Shown: positions 39,773 through 53,827, counted from the first letter of the stretch. The stretch: 64,000 nt of DNA from Mytilus edulis (GCF_963676685.1 NC_092352.1:62000001-62064000); one strand, 5' to 3'. Numbers and translations: made by a program. Notes: generated from the sequence alone by a model not told the origin.

Positions 39773-42700
39773 GTAAGGATACTTAAAACAATATTCTGAA
39801 TAAATGATAACAAGTTCAATATCCATCAAATGCTTGATTAGTTTTATAAAATATGCTTATTAAATATGTGAAGCGTTTGATTTGTCGTGGTCATATGCGA
39901 TCCATGTTTTGGTGTCTTTAACGTTTGTATACGTTTATATTTTTGAAATAGTTTGGCTTGGAGCATCATAAAAGAGAAATATTTTGTTGAAATGTGCATT
40001 TGGTGCAGTACAAGTTAAATTGGAACCATTAAGGCTATAATATATGTTCATAGTTTCTTATATCCTTAGTGGTCACGTGCACTCTTTGATTACTGAGAGA
40101 GGTTGAAGGTTTGATTTAAGTCATATCTGCTTCTTCTACCCTAAGAACGATTCTAATAGCAAAATAAAAAGCCCAAACACATCAAACGACAAAGCACTAT
40201 AGTGTAAAAAATTAAATCACAAAAATACTGAAGTATGAGCAAAATTCAAAACGGAAAGTCCCTAATAAAATGACAAAATCAAAAGCACCAACGCAGCAAA
40301 CGAATGGATAACAAATCTATTCGGTGTTCACAGTCAATATGACAAGTAAAATAAAGGTACTAGGATTATAATTTAGTACGCCAGACGCGCGTTTCGTATA
40401 AAGAAGACTCGTCAGTGACGTTCAGTTCAAAATAGTTATAAAACCAAACAAGTACAAAGTTGAAGAGCATTGAGGACCCAAATTTCCAAAATAAAGCTTC
40501 CCATTTCCTGTGATTTGGAATAGTAAAACATTACAGTTAATATAAAGTATGGACGTGACATACATATTGCAAGACCTTCACTGTTCAATTGTTCCATTAT
40601 CCTGTTTATTGCCGTTTAAATACATGTATTGCATACATAAAACTCGTTACATAATTCTTTTCAACTTTTATGATTAATTAATCGTTAATTCAGCTGTAAC
40701 GATAATGTAGATTTTAACAAAATTTTAATAGAATAGAAAGTATGTCAGCTCGCAGTTATCACTTTACTACATTAGATGTTGAAACTATCAGTCTTTATGG
40801 TACATTGACGTCGTTTCAAGGCATTTAATGTTGTGTATTTGTCATATAGTGTTATTGTTATGGATATTCGTGGTTCATTAGGCACCTCTTTAAACAAGCA
40901 GATTTCCAGATTAATTGCAATAAAATTATTTTTGTAGAATTGTAATGTTTTCCAGATGGCTTAACTTCTTGTAAAGAAAACAGAGGATTTTAATATCATT
41001 TTGTTTTCTCCTGTTCATTTTTATTTCCCTTTTCCAAGTTTATGGACATTTGATTCGGAGGAATGTATTGTTATGCCAGTTGTCAGAAAACAAAAGGTCT
41101 ACTCGTGTCGAATATAGAGCATACAACCCACTGGTGACACCTGCATTCAACTGAAATGCAATTATTCAGTCTAACATCGAGCTCATTCAACTGAAGTGCA
41201 ATTATTAATTCAAAACTGCGCTAAAATATTTGTTAAAAAATCCCAAAACAAGCAATGGAATCTTGAACAAATAACAAATCAAACCCAATCGTCGCGGTTC
41301 TCTATTTTTGTGTAAGTATATATGATACTGGTTGAGGCCTTATGTGCTGACAGGCACGAACAGGATGAGTGCGTGAGTGGTACATAATATACATGTACGC
41401 TATATTTAGTATATTAAGTTTGTGGTATAAAGAGTTGACTCCGATAATGCCTAGTGATTGTGCAATATATAAAGCACATTACCTGAATGTCTGTTATGAA
41501 GCATTTTAAACTATTATTACTAGTATAGAAAAGAAATAAAATACATAGTATCGGTTGTCTCTGCAGGATTCCAAAAGGGCAATTCAAATGTGGTTTATTT
41601 TCCAACAATTTGTGTGGCTTCTCACGTAATTTTTTTAGTTATACTGTGATGTTGATAAATTAAAACTTATAAGTACTAACTGTCACAAGCTGTTGTGCGA
41701 TTTTTCTTCCTCATCTCTCCATTAATATCTTTCATTTTGCTTCAAACGCCACTGGTCAGTCTTATGTAGACGATAGGCTTCTCAGCCATATCATATTATA
41801 GACCTTTTATCTTCGATACAGCTGAGTTAATTCCACTTCTTATGGACGTTTCGTCTTCAAATGTAGCACCAGTCCAGAAGTGATTACTAAAAGTGCTGTC
41901 AAGATATTCCGTTGATGGTGTCTTTATATGAGTTATAAATTTGCTATTTATTATTTGTTTAGATAATTTGAAAAACTAAGGTTTTTTCTACTGACAGGGA
42001 TTTATGGCACCAGCATGATTTGTTGCAATCTTGTGAATTTTGTTTTTATTGCTCTTCAACGACGTAAATGATTCGGTTATACAACAACTTTTTATTTCCA
42101 GATCCACTTGTGGGTCTTGTCGCGAGTAAATGTGTGCCTGTCATGCAACCTTATATGCCTAGTTTTCCTCCCCGTTCGAAGTTGCTTAACATTGGAGCTA
42201 TAAATTCTCAATGTTATTGATATTGAAAAATGTTCACTATTTGAGCATTTTTTATATTAAGACACGTGTGTCATCAATATTGTCGAGGTCAAAGTGAACA
42301 ATTTTAATAATGTGAAGTATTTTCGTTTAATTATTGATATTTTTGTTTCCTTTTTCTCCTAGTATATATAAATGTGTTTCAATTCATCTTACGGATTTCT
42401 TTGACATAGATAAAGTTCGCTTTTAAATTCAAGTTTTGCCGTATACAACATGTGTATAAAACTTTTTATTCTTGACTGTTCCAGCTGTTCATTAATTTAT
42501 TTCAGTCGGATGTACATAGTTCACTATTAGGCGTTAAAGTAAACTGCATACGTAAATGGAATGTTACATACATATATATGACTTAAGGTGCCAATAGGTT
42601 TTCCATCCTTGTTCACACCTTGTGAAAGGAGACGTGTTTTTATAGAGCTTGTCTTTGTCTTGTGTGTTATAATAATAGACAATCTTTATCTGGACCATTT

Positions 42701-42949
42701 TACAGTTTTGTTGGTCTTTGTTCGTTTTATTTTTTGGAAGAGTGAAATGTTGGTGTTGTTTGTGGCAATGTTCATTATTTGTTTTTATTACTACCAAAAG
42801 TACCCCAACTAGATATCTCGTCATTCGGAAATACAATTCCAAAACAGATTTGCTGATTCGAAAATGTATTTATCATACATTACCCTTTTGTGAACATGGA
42901 CAACTAGTAATAAGAAGAACAGAAAAATAGCATGCAGGAAAATTATAAT

Positions 42950-43108
42950 TAAGAATTGAATGCTTCTTTTTGTAAATTTATTGGGGTGTAAAAGCGTTGA
43001 CCGAAGTACATTTTGTATGAAGCGCGGAAGCGCTTTATTCTAAAAATGTACGCACGGTCAACGCTTTTACAACCCTATAAAGTTACAAAAAGAAGCATTC
43101 AATACTTA
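42950..43108. mobile_element. ~160-bp palindromic element with a downstream tail to ~43315
   Basis: attgaatgcttctttttgtaa..tgtaaaagcgttgaccg pairs with cggtcaacgcttttaca..ttacaaaaagaagcattcaat; centre agcgcggaagcgct. Confidence 0.85.
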
Positions 43109-44229
43109 TATTTACATTTTTTAGCTATGATCATGAAAACACGAATTTTATATATTTTATTATTTAATTCACCTGTGCCCTTTATTGTTGGAGCACGTGT
43201 TATCATGAGTGAAAAGTTGTATTGAGCAATGCAACTGCTTACGGAATAACACGTGATGTGCAGTTAGCCAATCAGAAAAAAAATTTATAACGAAACATAC
43301 ATCTAATGTAATTATTTGTTGACAACATTACAACAGCAGACATGTAAGAAAATTGTAAGACTTTACTTTATCATTTGAATGCAATTTTGGCACTGACATA
43401 CCATTAAAAACTATCAACAATTAGATTGTTTAATCTTATGTTAAATTAATAACAAAATGGCATTCTACAGAATTTGATGCCAAAGGTTTTAGGGAGACTC
43501 AATGATTAGGCAATTAAACGGTAAATTGAAGCAAGGGTTTGGCTAAGATTTATATAAATTTAATATTTATACCAGCTGTGTGTATCGTCAAATATGATGT
43601 TGTCAAGCTTCAGTTAGTATTTCTTGTATTGTTGCTATGCCAATACTGTTTGCTGTGGAAACAGTTTTCTGTTTTTCTGGTCGATTATTTAGCAAGTTGA
43701 AAATATAATTCTTATTAGCATTTAGGATATAATAAATATTTGGATATTGAATAATGGTTTTATTTTGTTATTTATTCAAATGTCAAATATCGTTTAATTT
43801 TTTTGGATTTGTTACATAATCAGGCGTATTTATTTTTCTTCTACAATTCGTGATGGTTGCAATAGTACTTATTTCGGGAATGAATCATTGGTACTTGGGT
43901 ATTGGATTTATCGCCGTTGCACTAAATATTCACTGTTTAATGCCATATATCCAACTTTACTGAGCATAAGTTTTGGGATATTTAATCATTTCCGATAAAG
44001 ACTTTTTTATTGTTAATACTGTAACAGCTTTAAGACAGTAACTCGATGCAATATTGCCCACTTTTTTCAATTGACGTCCATGGAAGTTGTTGCCAAATAC
44101 AAGAAGGAACAACGTCTTGATGTTACACTTTATATGACGCAAACATTAAACAAAATATGTTTAGTACTTCTTTTTTTCTAGAATGATCCCAATAAAGAAA
44201 TTATTATTTATATGTCCGAGGTTTTGTTT

Positions 44230-45295
44230 CATCAAGGAGTCTCTTGTTTTCTTTGATATTGTGGTCTTCTGTTGTATTAGTTTTTGGAGTCTCATATTTT
44301 CGGAGTTTCTTTAGTCTCCTCTTGACATAGATTTTGAAGTCTTCTGTTGACTTTGCTTTTGGAGTCTCTTGCTGTCTTTAAATTGTTTAAGTTTCCTTTT
44401 GTCTTAATATTTGGAGTTTTCTGTTGACTTTGTTTTGGAGTCTCCTGTTGACTTAGTTTTTGGAGTCTCCTGTTGACTTTGTTTTGGAGTCTGCTGTTGA
44501 CTTTGTTTTGGAGTCTGCTGTTGACTTTGTTTTGGAGTCTGCTGTTGACTTAGTTTTTGGAGTCTCATGTTGACTTTGTTTTTTGAGTCTTCCGTTGACT
44601 TTTTTTGGAGTCTCCTGTTGACTTAGTTTTTGGAGTCTCCTGTTGACTTTGTTTTTGGAGTCTCCTGTTGTCTTAATTTTTGAAGTCTCCTGTTGTCTTA
44701 GTTTTGGAGTCTCTTGTTGACCTTGTTTTTGGAGTCTCCTGTTGACTTTGTTTTTGTGGAGTCTCCTGTTGACTTTGTTTTGGAGTCTCCTGTTGACCTT
44801 AGTTTTGGAGTCACCTGTTGTCTTAGTTTTGGAGTCTCCTGTTGACTTTGTTTTAGAATCTCCTGTTGACTTTGTTTTTGAGTCTCCTGTTGACTTAGTT
44901 TTTTTAGTCTCCTATTGTCTTAGTTTTTTTAGTCTCCTCTTGATAGATTTTGAAGTCTTCTGTTGACTTTGCTTTTGGAGTCTCTTGCTGTCTTAATTGT
45001 TTAAGTTTCCTTTTGTCTTAATATTTGGAGTTTTCTGTTGACTTTGTTTTGGAGTCTCCTGTTGACTTAGTTTTTGGAGTCACCTGTTGTCTTAGTTTTG
45101 GAGTCTCCTGTTGACTTTGTTTTGGAGTCTCCTGTTGTCTTAGTTTTTTTAGTCTCTGTTGTCTTAGTTTTGGAGTCTCTTGTTGTCTTGGTTTTTTTAG
45201 TCTCCTGTTGACTTTGTGCATGGGGTCTTTTGTTGTCTTAATTTTTGAAGTCTCCTGTTGTCTTTGTTTTTGGAGCCTCCTGTTGACTAAGTTTT
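44230..45295. repeat. 24-26-bp minisatellite (ggagtctcctgttgactttgtttt), about 40 units
   Basis: Tandem units seen directly; explains the low-complexity ORFs at 44742 and 45018. Confidence 0.97.
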
Positions 45296-45587
45296 AGTTA
45301 TTTTCATGATCTTATGAAATGAAAAGCTGCAAATACATTTAAAAACTGTAAGACAAAAAAATGTTCTAGATAAAATTAGAACACACAAACAGACAAACCA
45401 AAACATTCATAAATCAACAAGCTCATCACAGATATCAAGATAAAATTGTGAACGCAAGGTGCTCGTTTCGTCTACAAGAGACTCATCAGTAACACTCGAA
45501 CAAAAAAGTTGAAAAGTCGAACTAAATTAATAAATTGTAGAGCACGGAGGGTTTTAAAATTCCAAATGGTTTAGCGAAATAGAGGTA

Positions 45588-46480
45588 ATGCGGGGTTCAC
45601 ACGTTGCCGATTATTGCTACCATTAGAGATCAGACAGCGATAAGACACGAAAGGTGAAAAAGAAGGATTACTATCCTCAATTATCTGGAATGTCTTATCA
45701 TTGTCTGAACGCAGTCGTTTAAGTTATTAACAGATTCCTACGGGTCGGGAATGGTCCGTATAGTTCGGCAAAGCACCCCGACAGTTAGGTGGATCCCGTA
45801 ACATTTGGGGAAACTCAGCCGATTTTGTCTAGTCGGATTACAAGCGTGACTATGTCGTGACAGATTCTGCTGTATCGGATCAAAATCCTTACAATGTTCT
45901 GTATTTTCTGGACGGTGTCCAGTGGAACGGGAATAATCCGGAGAAATTTTTCATTGCTGTTTTTCTGCCGATTGAGTCCAGATTGCATTCATATCTTGTC
46001 GACTGCGAACCGTTTTTGCCGAAACCGTTCCGGAACAGTCCCGTTATTAATACGAAATTCGTCAATGATACCCACGTCAGAGTCCCAACAATTACAGAAT
46101 AAAATACGACTGAGACTATATAAAGCCGTTTGCAATGCGATAGAGTGGACCGTGATAGGATTGCGTTCTGACAGTACCTGATCATCTCGAATATGCCGAC
46201 AGTTTTCGAACGGATAACTTCCGTCAACATCGGTTCACTGTCTGGTCACTGTCTGATCTCTGTCGGATTACATTCAGTAGAATCGGGACGCAATCGTGAC
46301 AGACTCGGTCGAATTTTACCATGCGAAAGATACAAATCGGATTAGAATCGGATTGAGAACGGGATTACCGGGACAAATTCGCTTGGAAACGGTTGAATAT
46401 CGACGCTTTTTTACTTTTCATGTCTTATCGCTGTCTGATCTCAAACGGGAGCAATAATCGGCAATGTGTGAACCTAGCAT
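45588..46480. mobile_element. ~890-bp non-autonomous TIR element, PIF/Harbinger-like
   Basis: ggttcacacgttgccgattattgct..gagatcagacagcgataagaca is inverted as tgtcttatcgctgtctgatctc..agcaataatcggcaatgtgtgaacc (~70-bp imperfect TIR). Interior is richer in GC and CpG than the flanks. Confidence 0.75.
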
Positions 46481-47096
46481 CCACGATTCACAGGATCTTG
46501 ATCAGACTTTTGACAAATTTTAATCGGGAATGGTCCTGTCAAGGACGGCAGTAAAAATCGTGAATGTGTGATCCTATTTTTGTAAATCCTTAATTTCCCA
46601 AAAAATCAAAGTTTGTAAACAGTCCATTTAATATGATAACGACCATAATGATTCATGTCAAATTAGAGTTGCTGGATTCTGGGTTGTTAATATCTCGAAA
46701 ATGAAACCTCTACCAGCAGCTGTATCAATCCGGCAATTGATAAACTCATCGTAGATACCAGGATTAAACTTTGGTACGCGATACGAGCGTTTCATTTGTG
46801 TATGTCTTTAAGATCTTTTTAAACTCAATATTTCAATTGAGGAATAAATATTGTTCATTGAAAGAGTTGAAATGTCTTTTTATTATTTGTAAATCAGAAA
46901 TTACTAAAACAACTATAATGCTGGTAATCAAACTAAGCAATTGACATAAATTTAAATGAATCAATTGTGTAATGATCCTGTTCAAAATATCAAAAATATT
47001 GTTAATGCAACAAGTGTCGATTCTTTAGGAAAATACATGAGTTGCTTATTGAAAAATGAAAAATGTATAACTGTAACAGTTGTATTTCAAAATTCC

Positions 47097-47157
47097 TTTT
47101 GATTCTTCACATTTTACATAATCCGCTTCGCGGATTATTCAATGTGAAGAGTCAAAA
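47097..47157. repeat. 61-bp palindrome
   Basis: ttttgattcttcacatt..ataatccgc-ttc-gcggattat..aatgtgaagagtcaaaa. Confidence 0.85.
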
Positions 47158-49239
47158 ATTAGTTTTATGGTTCAATAAATTCAAAATAGATAATAGCCAT
47201 TCATTAAATATTATGTAGTTAGTTTGTTTGCTCAAATTAAGAAATGCAATTAACGTCTTGGTATTTTTCATGACATAATTTTTCAGAACTCTTAGAAACG
47301 TTTTTTATTGCTTGTATATGCAGGTACAAAGATAACAAAAGTTTAATAATATAGACAAATCATGTAAGCAATTGGGTTTGGTATAAATTCGAAAACAGCA
47401 TATGATATATGTCCATAATTATTACAAACTTTTATTAAAGGCGCCATTGTGATATCAAATCTTTAAAAGTCTTGAAGAAAACATACATGTCCACAAGAGA
47501 TCCTCGAAGTATTTATGTTGTCATTATTACGCAGTTTTTGTTCGTGATTCAAATTGTTTTAGCATTGCACATTCATACATCTCTTTTATAGCCATAAGTT
47601 ATAATTTCTTGATTTAATAGTCTGGAATCTACAATATTAGATGTGTACTGGTTCTCACAGCTTTAGGTACATTGTTTTTGCTCATTAATTTCTTATCGCT
47701 GTAGGTAGTATCTATGGTAAAAACATTAGACATAAATACGCATCAGTAATTATCAAAACGCAGTAAATTATGAATAGATATATAAACTTGTTGATTTCCA
47801 CCTGCTTGACTACGTTAGTTTCGCATTCGTTGGTGATATGGGGTTATACGAATATAAACCAAATCCACCAAATCGTATATAGCTCTTAGGTATAAACACC
47901 TAAAATATTTTTTTAATTTCAATATCAAGATAATTATTTGGGCGTTGACATCATTAAGTGGAAATCTTATCGTTCTAAGAAAGTCTACAGATAACAAATT
48001 CATATTAAGTTGTAGATATAACGAAGATTTTGATAGTACATGGCGACTTGGAATTTACTACATGGTTTCCTAAACAGACTATTCCATATCATGACCGTTC
48101 TTATTCGTACTAACCCTTACTTATACCGTAGCAAACCGCTGTATATCCACAGTACTTACGCCTCAACACGAGCCATTGCGTATAGATCGTGTCATTTTCG
48201 TATTCAACCGTGTCGTACCATAGGAATCCGTATCACTCATATCGCCAAATTACCCCTTTCCTACTTCGTCCGTTCATGGCAGATACGTCAAGGCCCGTAG
48301 TCACACCGTTGTGCATCCGTATCTAAATACGGAAACTGCCTTTCCGGGGTAACCTTTGAGATTTAATCCATAGTGGAACCGGCGAGGTGATCCATAAATG
48401 TGTGACCTAAGCATGAGGGAAGTAATATAATTAAAACGGTTTAAATCGCATGGTGCACATCTTGTGAATAAAGTACCTAGGATTTTTCCATATGGATCTT
48501 TACTACGACGAATGACCTCAATTTTGCTGCAATTGTTCAAGTGACGTTTTCGAAATAAACATAATTCGTAACATCAACGTCAACTACTTGCCAAAGTGAC
48601 GCTTAAAAATACATGAAACTGTTCTGGTTCTTTCAAACGCAAATGAACTCGAAATATGTTTATAAAGCAGGCAATGATAATTAAATATAATAATTTGTTT
48701 TCGCTTTCGCAAATAACACTATAAATATGACGTGTCGAACCTACATTTTACGTAAATGTCTTGTAATCATTGGGAATTGGATGTTGAGTATGTAAATCAG
48801 CAGACCCTTTGATATGAAATATGCGAACAAAACTCATTTTGAGAAAATTTATCGCATATAAATCATTGGAATCATCGCAAGAATTAAAAGTGTTATTAAG
48901 TATAAAGTAATCAAAAATTGACTGATGCCTAAAATTCAACAATTAAATTTACATTTATTTTCCATTAAAACTTCCTCGGTCATAAACTTATCGAGTACTA
49001 TTGATAATTTTGCGTGTTGTAATTTCCTACTTCAAAGAATTATCTTCTCTTTGAGCGTAATGTCTTGATGATTGCAACATCTGAATATGTAAACCTATTT
49101 TTACCAATAGTACGATGCAAAGATGAAGACATGGTAGTTTTTATTAAGTTTTCATAGATATGACAATCGGGTCATCGCCAGTCTTTCAAAACAGCATGAG
49201 ATACATCTCGCTAGCAAGAAATATGTTCCTTTGATGTAA

Positions 49240-49829
49240 AAGTGCCCGAGGGTATAAATATATATATATATTTTTTTAGATATTATAGGATATCGCTATT
49301 TTTTTCTATAAAGGAACTGCTCTATGGTCGGGTTGTCTCTTTCACACATTCCCCATTTCCATTCTCAATTTTACTATTTATCATATACTAAATTAGAAAA
49401 ATGAAATAAAAAAAAACTGCGGTCACCGTTCATTTAAGCCCACAGTCTGCCTTCTAAAGACGCATGCATTTTTTTCTCTGTTGAACTACATGTAATAGGT
49501 AAAATAGAGGTAATAAGAACTAAATTACAGAAATCGCTTAAATTTTACAATTGTTTAGTTTCAGTACAGCTTTTTTTTTTAAAGATTAAAAAATATAGAT
49601 CACCGATGAGTCCAAAAATGATATATCTCAATTATAATGCCAAAAAATAGCAATTTTGCACCGAAGGCAGATAATTTGGAGATTTTTCAACGATTTAAAA
49701 GTATTTTTAAAGTCATCTGGGGCCAAAACGAATTAATGTTTTGGGTTGGTTTTTGTATCATAAAGTAACAACTAATAGTGTGATAAATAAAATTTGTAAT
49801 GACATTTGTGTACCCTCGAGCCTCCTTAA
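49240..49829. mobile_element. Degraded TTAA-associated TIR element (Kolobok-like)
   Basis: Right end 'taccctcgagcctcc-ttaa'; eroded left end 'cccgagggtata'. A nested short repeat at ~49315-49375 also occurs at ~63665-63752 and ~33230-33325. Confidence 0.5.
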
Positions 49830-50724
49830 TAGGTCATTGCTTCGTGATTGTCTACTAAAACTGCACAATAAAAGGAACATTGTTTATGCCATACAAATAA
49901 TAATTTTTGGTCGGTTATTTTGCTCGTAATTCAAAGTATTAGGAAACAGGAAGTATGTATATATACAATGTATATATATATGATCCAATACCTATTAAGT
50001 TTACTGGTTGGTAGATTCTTATAGACTCTATATATATATTTAAAAAAAAAACGTACACTTATTACAACAATTGACTGCCAAGCTGCTGATTGTATACAAA
50101 TTCGTGCATTTCAGTACTTTTCGAGAAAATGTCATAAAATTTCCGTTCATTCAACTTATTGAAACATTTCAAGAATCTGCAAATATGACTCGTGAGTAGG
50201 TGTCTTATAAATCAGATAATTTTTTTAAAGCTCACAAGTTAGAATGCTGATGACCAAATATAAAGTTATTCTTTAAAATTGCTTGATTACTTATATTTAC
50301 AAACTGTAACAGAAATCATTTTTGAATAAACGGACGTAAGGACAAATGGACAAGATGAAGGCAATAAAGCGCCCATTCCTAGAGTCTGGATATAATTTGC
50401 ATGTAAATTTTTTTCGCTCACTCAATAACACACGAAGAAGTAGAAAATCAGGGTAGAACTAGGCTTTCAAAAACTGTTACAAAAAATCGAGACTTATCTT
50501 GAACGTCAAGTCATTATCCACAGTTTGGCCCGGATATAATTAAACGAAAATATTTCCACAGACTTCCAGAAGTGAAAGAGTATAAGTCACGGCATTTCAG
50601 TAAAAATAAGAGAGAATTGCGAGTTTTTAAAAACCCTCTAATTTTAGTATAATTCACTGAATAGTTAAAGATTATCAGCTAACACGTTTGAACAAATTCC
50701 CTGTCAGTTTAAAGATGATATCAT

Positions 50725-51535
50725 CATATATATGTTTATTTGAAATAAAAATTATCAAACTAGCTCATTTCTCATGTGCATCTTTTTCTTGAAATAATAA
50801 ATGACATTTTTATCTGCCAGTCCCATCATACTTATACTAACTGTTTTTGTTCTGTTTTGCAAGCTAGTGCTTTTACATATTGAAATGTAAAGCTGGAATT
50901 GATACAGTTTCACACAGAATTACACAGAATAATCCTACACAGACATTGTTACTCTGAAACAGATTGAAAAAATGTTAATGCTTTTTTTGTTAGAATTATA
51001 ATTAACGTTCTTAAAAAGTCCCGTTTGCAGATATCAAGGCGATCAGAAAATCGGAAAAAAATCATTTGAAATGTGTTTTTCTGACAATGTACGCACACAA
51101 ATACCCCCAAAATCGGACTTAAATGCAGTTTAATCTTATCAAAACAGATGTAAAGTGTGTTTATTATTAATGTTCTGAATCACAAATCCGACAAGTTTTC
51201 ATTTAAACCATTACAACTGAAATTTCCATTAGAAATAAATTTTTTAGCATGGGTGTACTGAAAATTCGACATTTTTTTAAAATGACACATATATGTTTAT
51301 TTGAAATAAAAATTATCAAACTAGCTCATTTCTCATGTGCATCTTCTTCTTGAAATAATAAATGACATTTTTATCTGCCAGTCCCATCATACTTAGTTAT
51401 ACTAACTGTTTTTGTTCTGTTTTGTAAGCTAGTGCTTTTACATATTGAAATGTAAAGCTGGAATTGATACAGTTTCACACAGAATTACACAGAATAATCC
51501 TACACAGACATTGCTACTCTGAAACAGATTGAAAA
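50725..51535. repeat. Near-identical ~245-bp direct repeats (50725-50970 and 51288-51535) around a ~315-bp spacer
   Basis: atatatgtttatttgaaataaaaattatcaaactagctc...gaaacagattgaaaa occurs twice with a few substitutions and one 5-bp indel. Confidence 0.95.
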
Positions 51536-53751
51536 TGCTTTTTTATAAACCATTTTATCATATAGCAAATTAAATCTGAACATATATCAAGGAAGGCGCT
51601 TAGAACACGTTATATGTGTACTTCTGTTAGTTTTTATTGTGTATGCAATATTTACCGGTAACTTTTTTTACCCCTAGATGACACTCAGAATAAAATAGTG
51701 TTGAATTCATGATTTAATGATTCTTGTTTGCGGTTTGAAAGCTTATCTTATTAGGTTTTTAAAATCTAACGTTTGCAAATGGCGCTATATATGCTACCTT
51801 TTATAACATTTTTTTTAGACTGTCTTTTTCATATGTAAACATTTATTTATATCCTGTTTTTATATACTTATTTTACTTAATTACGTACTTAACTAACTGT
51901 TTTGTAACTTCAATATTGCACTTTAAGATTGTGTTGCCATGTACCAACTTAGTTAGTAACCCTTTATTTTTAATCTGTAAAACTAAATAGAAAAATAAAA
52001 CAATTATGCGATAATTTATTCCAATATCTCATATCCATTTATTTTATTTGTTTTACCAGCAGGCACATAATAAACATAATTATTTAATCAACACAAGTTG
52101 TCGGAGTGTCTTTTTTGTACATGGTACATCTAACCACAAGCATTTAGTACGAGAACACAGTCATGTGTTGAATAATTTTCCGAAGAAAATAGTTTATGGC
52201 CTTGATAGAACAACGTGTTTCTGCTTTCTTTAAATCTAAACTATTTTCAGTAAAGGTTGTTAGAAAACATTGTGACTTACAAAAGGGATTTCAATTTTCC
52301 TCAACAGTGTGCCATTTCGCCGGAAGTCACCGCGTGACATTGATTTTTCAAAATTAACGATGTAGTTTTATTATTATGATGTATATCAATGAAATAATAA
52401 CTAAAAAGAGATATTATTAATGCATTGTAGAAAATAATCACACGGGGAGTCTGGTTTTCCACTGAGTTGGATAAAGTGAATGCTTATTGATTTCGTGAAA
52501 AATGATATTATGTAAGCCAAAAAATTGTTAAAAAAAACATTGGATTTCGTAGAACAATGATAAATCGTGACAATCATCAAACTTTTTGAGTGCAAGCAGC
52601 CGACAACTGCCAGTTTGGCATAATTACTGAGACCCCGATATTGTCTGTAAAAGGAAGAATGATTGAAAGTTTCTCAGCATGAAATTATTGAAATATTTAA
52701 ATGTTATAAAAGAAAAAGAAAGAACATTGTTTGATATTTCAAGCAATTTAAAATTGTGAATTATGTATGAATATTTCTCTAATTCGACGTGCATTTTAAC
52801 CAGTTCATGTTAGTTTGACATTTCCCATTACTTTGTCTCGTGTTTTTCGCCAAGTCCATTGGATGTCCTATACTCGACCTTTCCCCTATATAATAAGGGA
52901 AACATATTCTACCTCTTTACCCCGTTGACAACGATACGTGTCGGTGTGTCCCCTCGTCAATTCAATTTCTGTAAACCTCGCATTTTAATGTTTAGAATAA
53001 CTACCTCGAGGTGGAAAATATCATCATCAACGAGGTGTTATGGCAAAACTATATGATAATTTGATGATTTTTTTTTTTTAAGAACGAAGGATTTTAAAAT
53101 GTTCATAAAACATACGGAAAGGTCAAGATCGAAGAATTAGCATATTTCGTTGACGTGAATATTTTTTCTCTCCAAAATGTCACATGAGCTCTTAAATCTC
53201 AACTTCATCATGTTGATACTGCAAGCGCGGTAACAGAAGAAGTAAAACCTAGCGAGTATCCCTATGAAACGGTATTTTTAAACTGCTCGATTTCTCCTCC
53301 CTTATTCTCAAATCCTCGATCTACTCCAAGTGCGCACTAAGACTTATGTCAAATAAATCTAAATTTTCTTTTGTAGTGTTTATACCATTTATGTATATAG
53401 ATAAAACCCTTATTCAAGGGATAATCATGTACATGTATAAGGAGTTCAACGTTCTTGATTAGGTTGCATTTCCTAATTGTATATGAAAGGTTCTTGACTT
53501 ATTAATCTTATAATACATCGCCCCTCGTGTACATTTTTCTCGTCGTTATCGCCCTCTTATGTGTTCATCGTTGTCTGTCTGTGCTTATGCATACTGATAA
53601 AATTATTTATTTACATATTAAAATAGATAAACTTATTTATATAGATGAATGAATAATATTTTTGTTTTGGTTGTGTGCAAATTTACGACGGAGTGTACAT
53701 ACATATATGCGTAGAAAAAATTCGGATTCTAAATGAAGTTAGTATTTCTAG

Positions 53752-53827
53752 TATAAGATAAAAATCGCAGATGCTTCTGTTGTTTTAAGTCATACATACA
53801 TTAGCAGGAATATCATAAAAGGTAAGA
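53752..53827 (+). promoter_or_regulatory. Candidate short non-coding exon with splice donor
   Basis: TATAAGAT at 53752; donor AAG|GTAAGA at 53821/53822. It could instead be an internal exon starting at 53645. Confidence 0.35.

Noticed and set aside
42564-42930. Overlapping hydrophobic ORFs
   Set aside because: Explained by T-rich composition; non-ATG starts and no splice or homology support.
44742-45221. Repetitive ORFs (LESPVD.., QQETPK..)
   Set aside because: Translations of the minisatellite with inconsistent frame.
45857-46230. Three overlapping ORFs of 81-113 aa
   Set aside because: They lie inside the GC-richer MITE interior and show no transposase motifs.
48040-48540. GC-richer segment with two ORFs
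   Set aside because: Probably the interior of a degraded MITE; termini could not be defined and the ORFs show no motifs.
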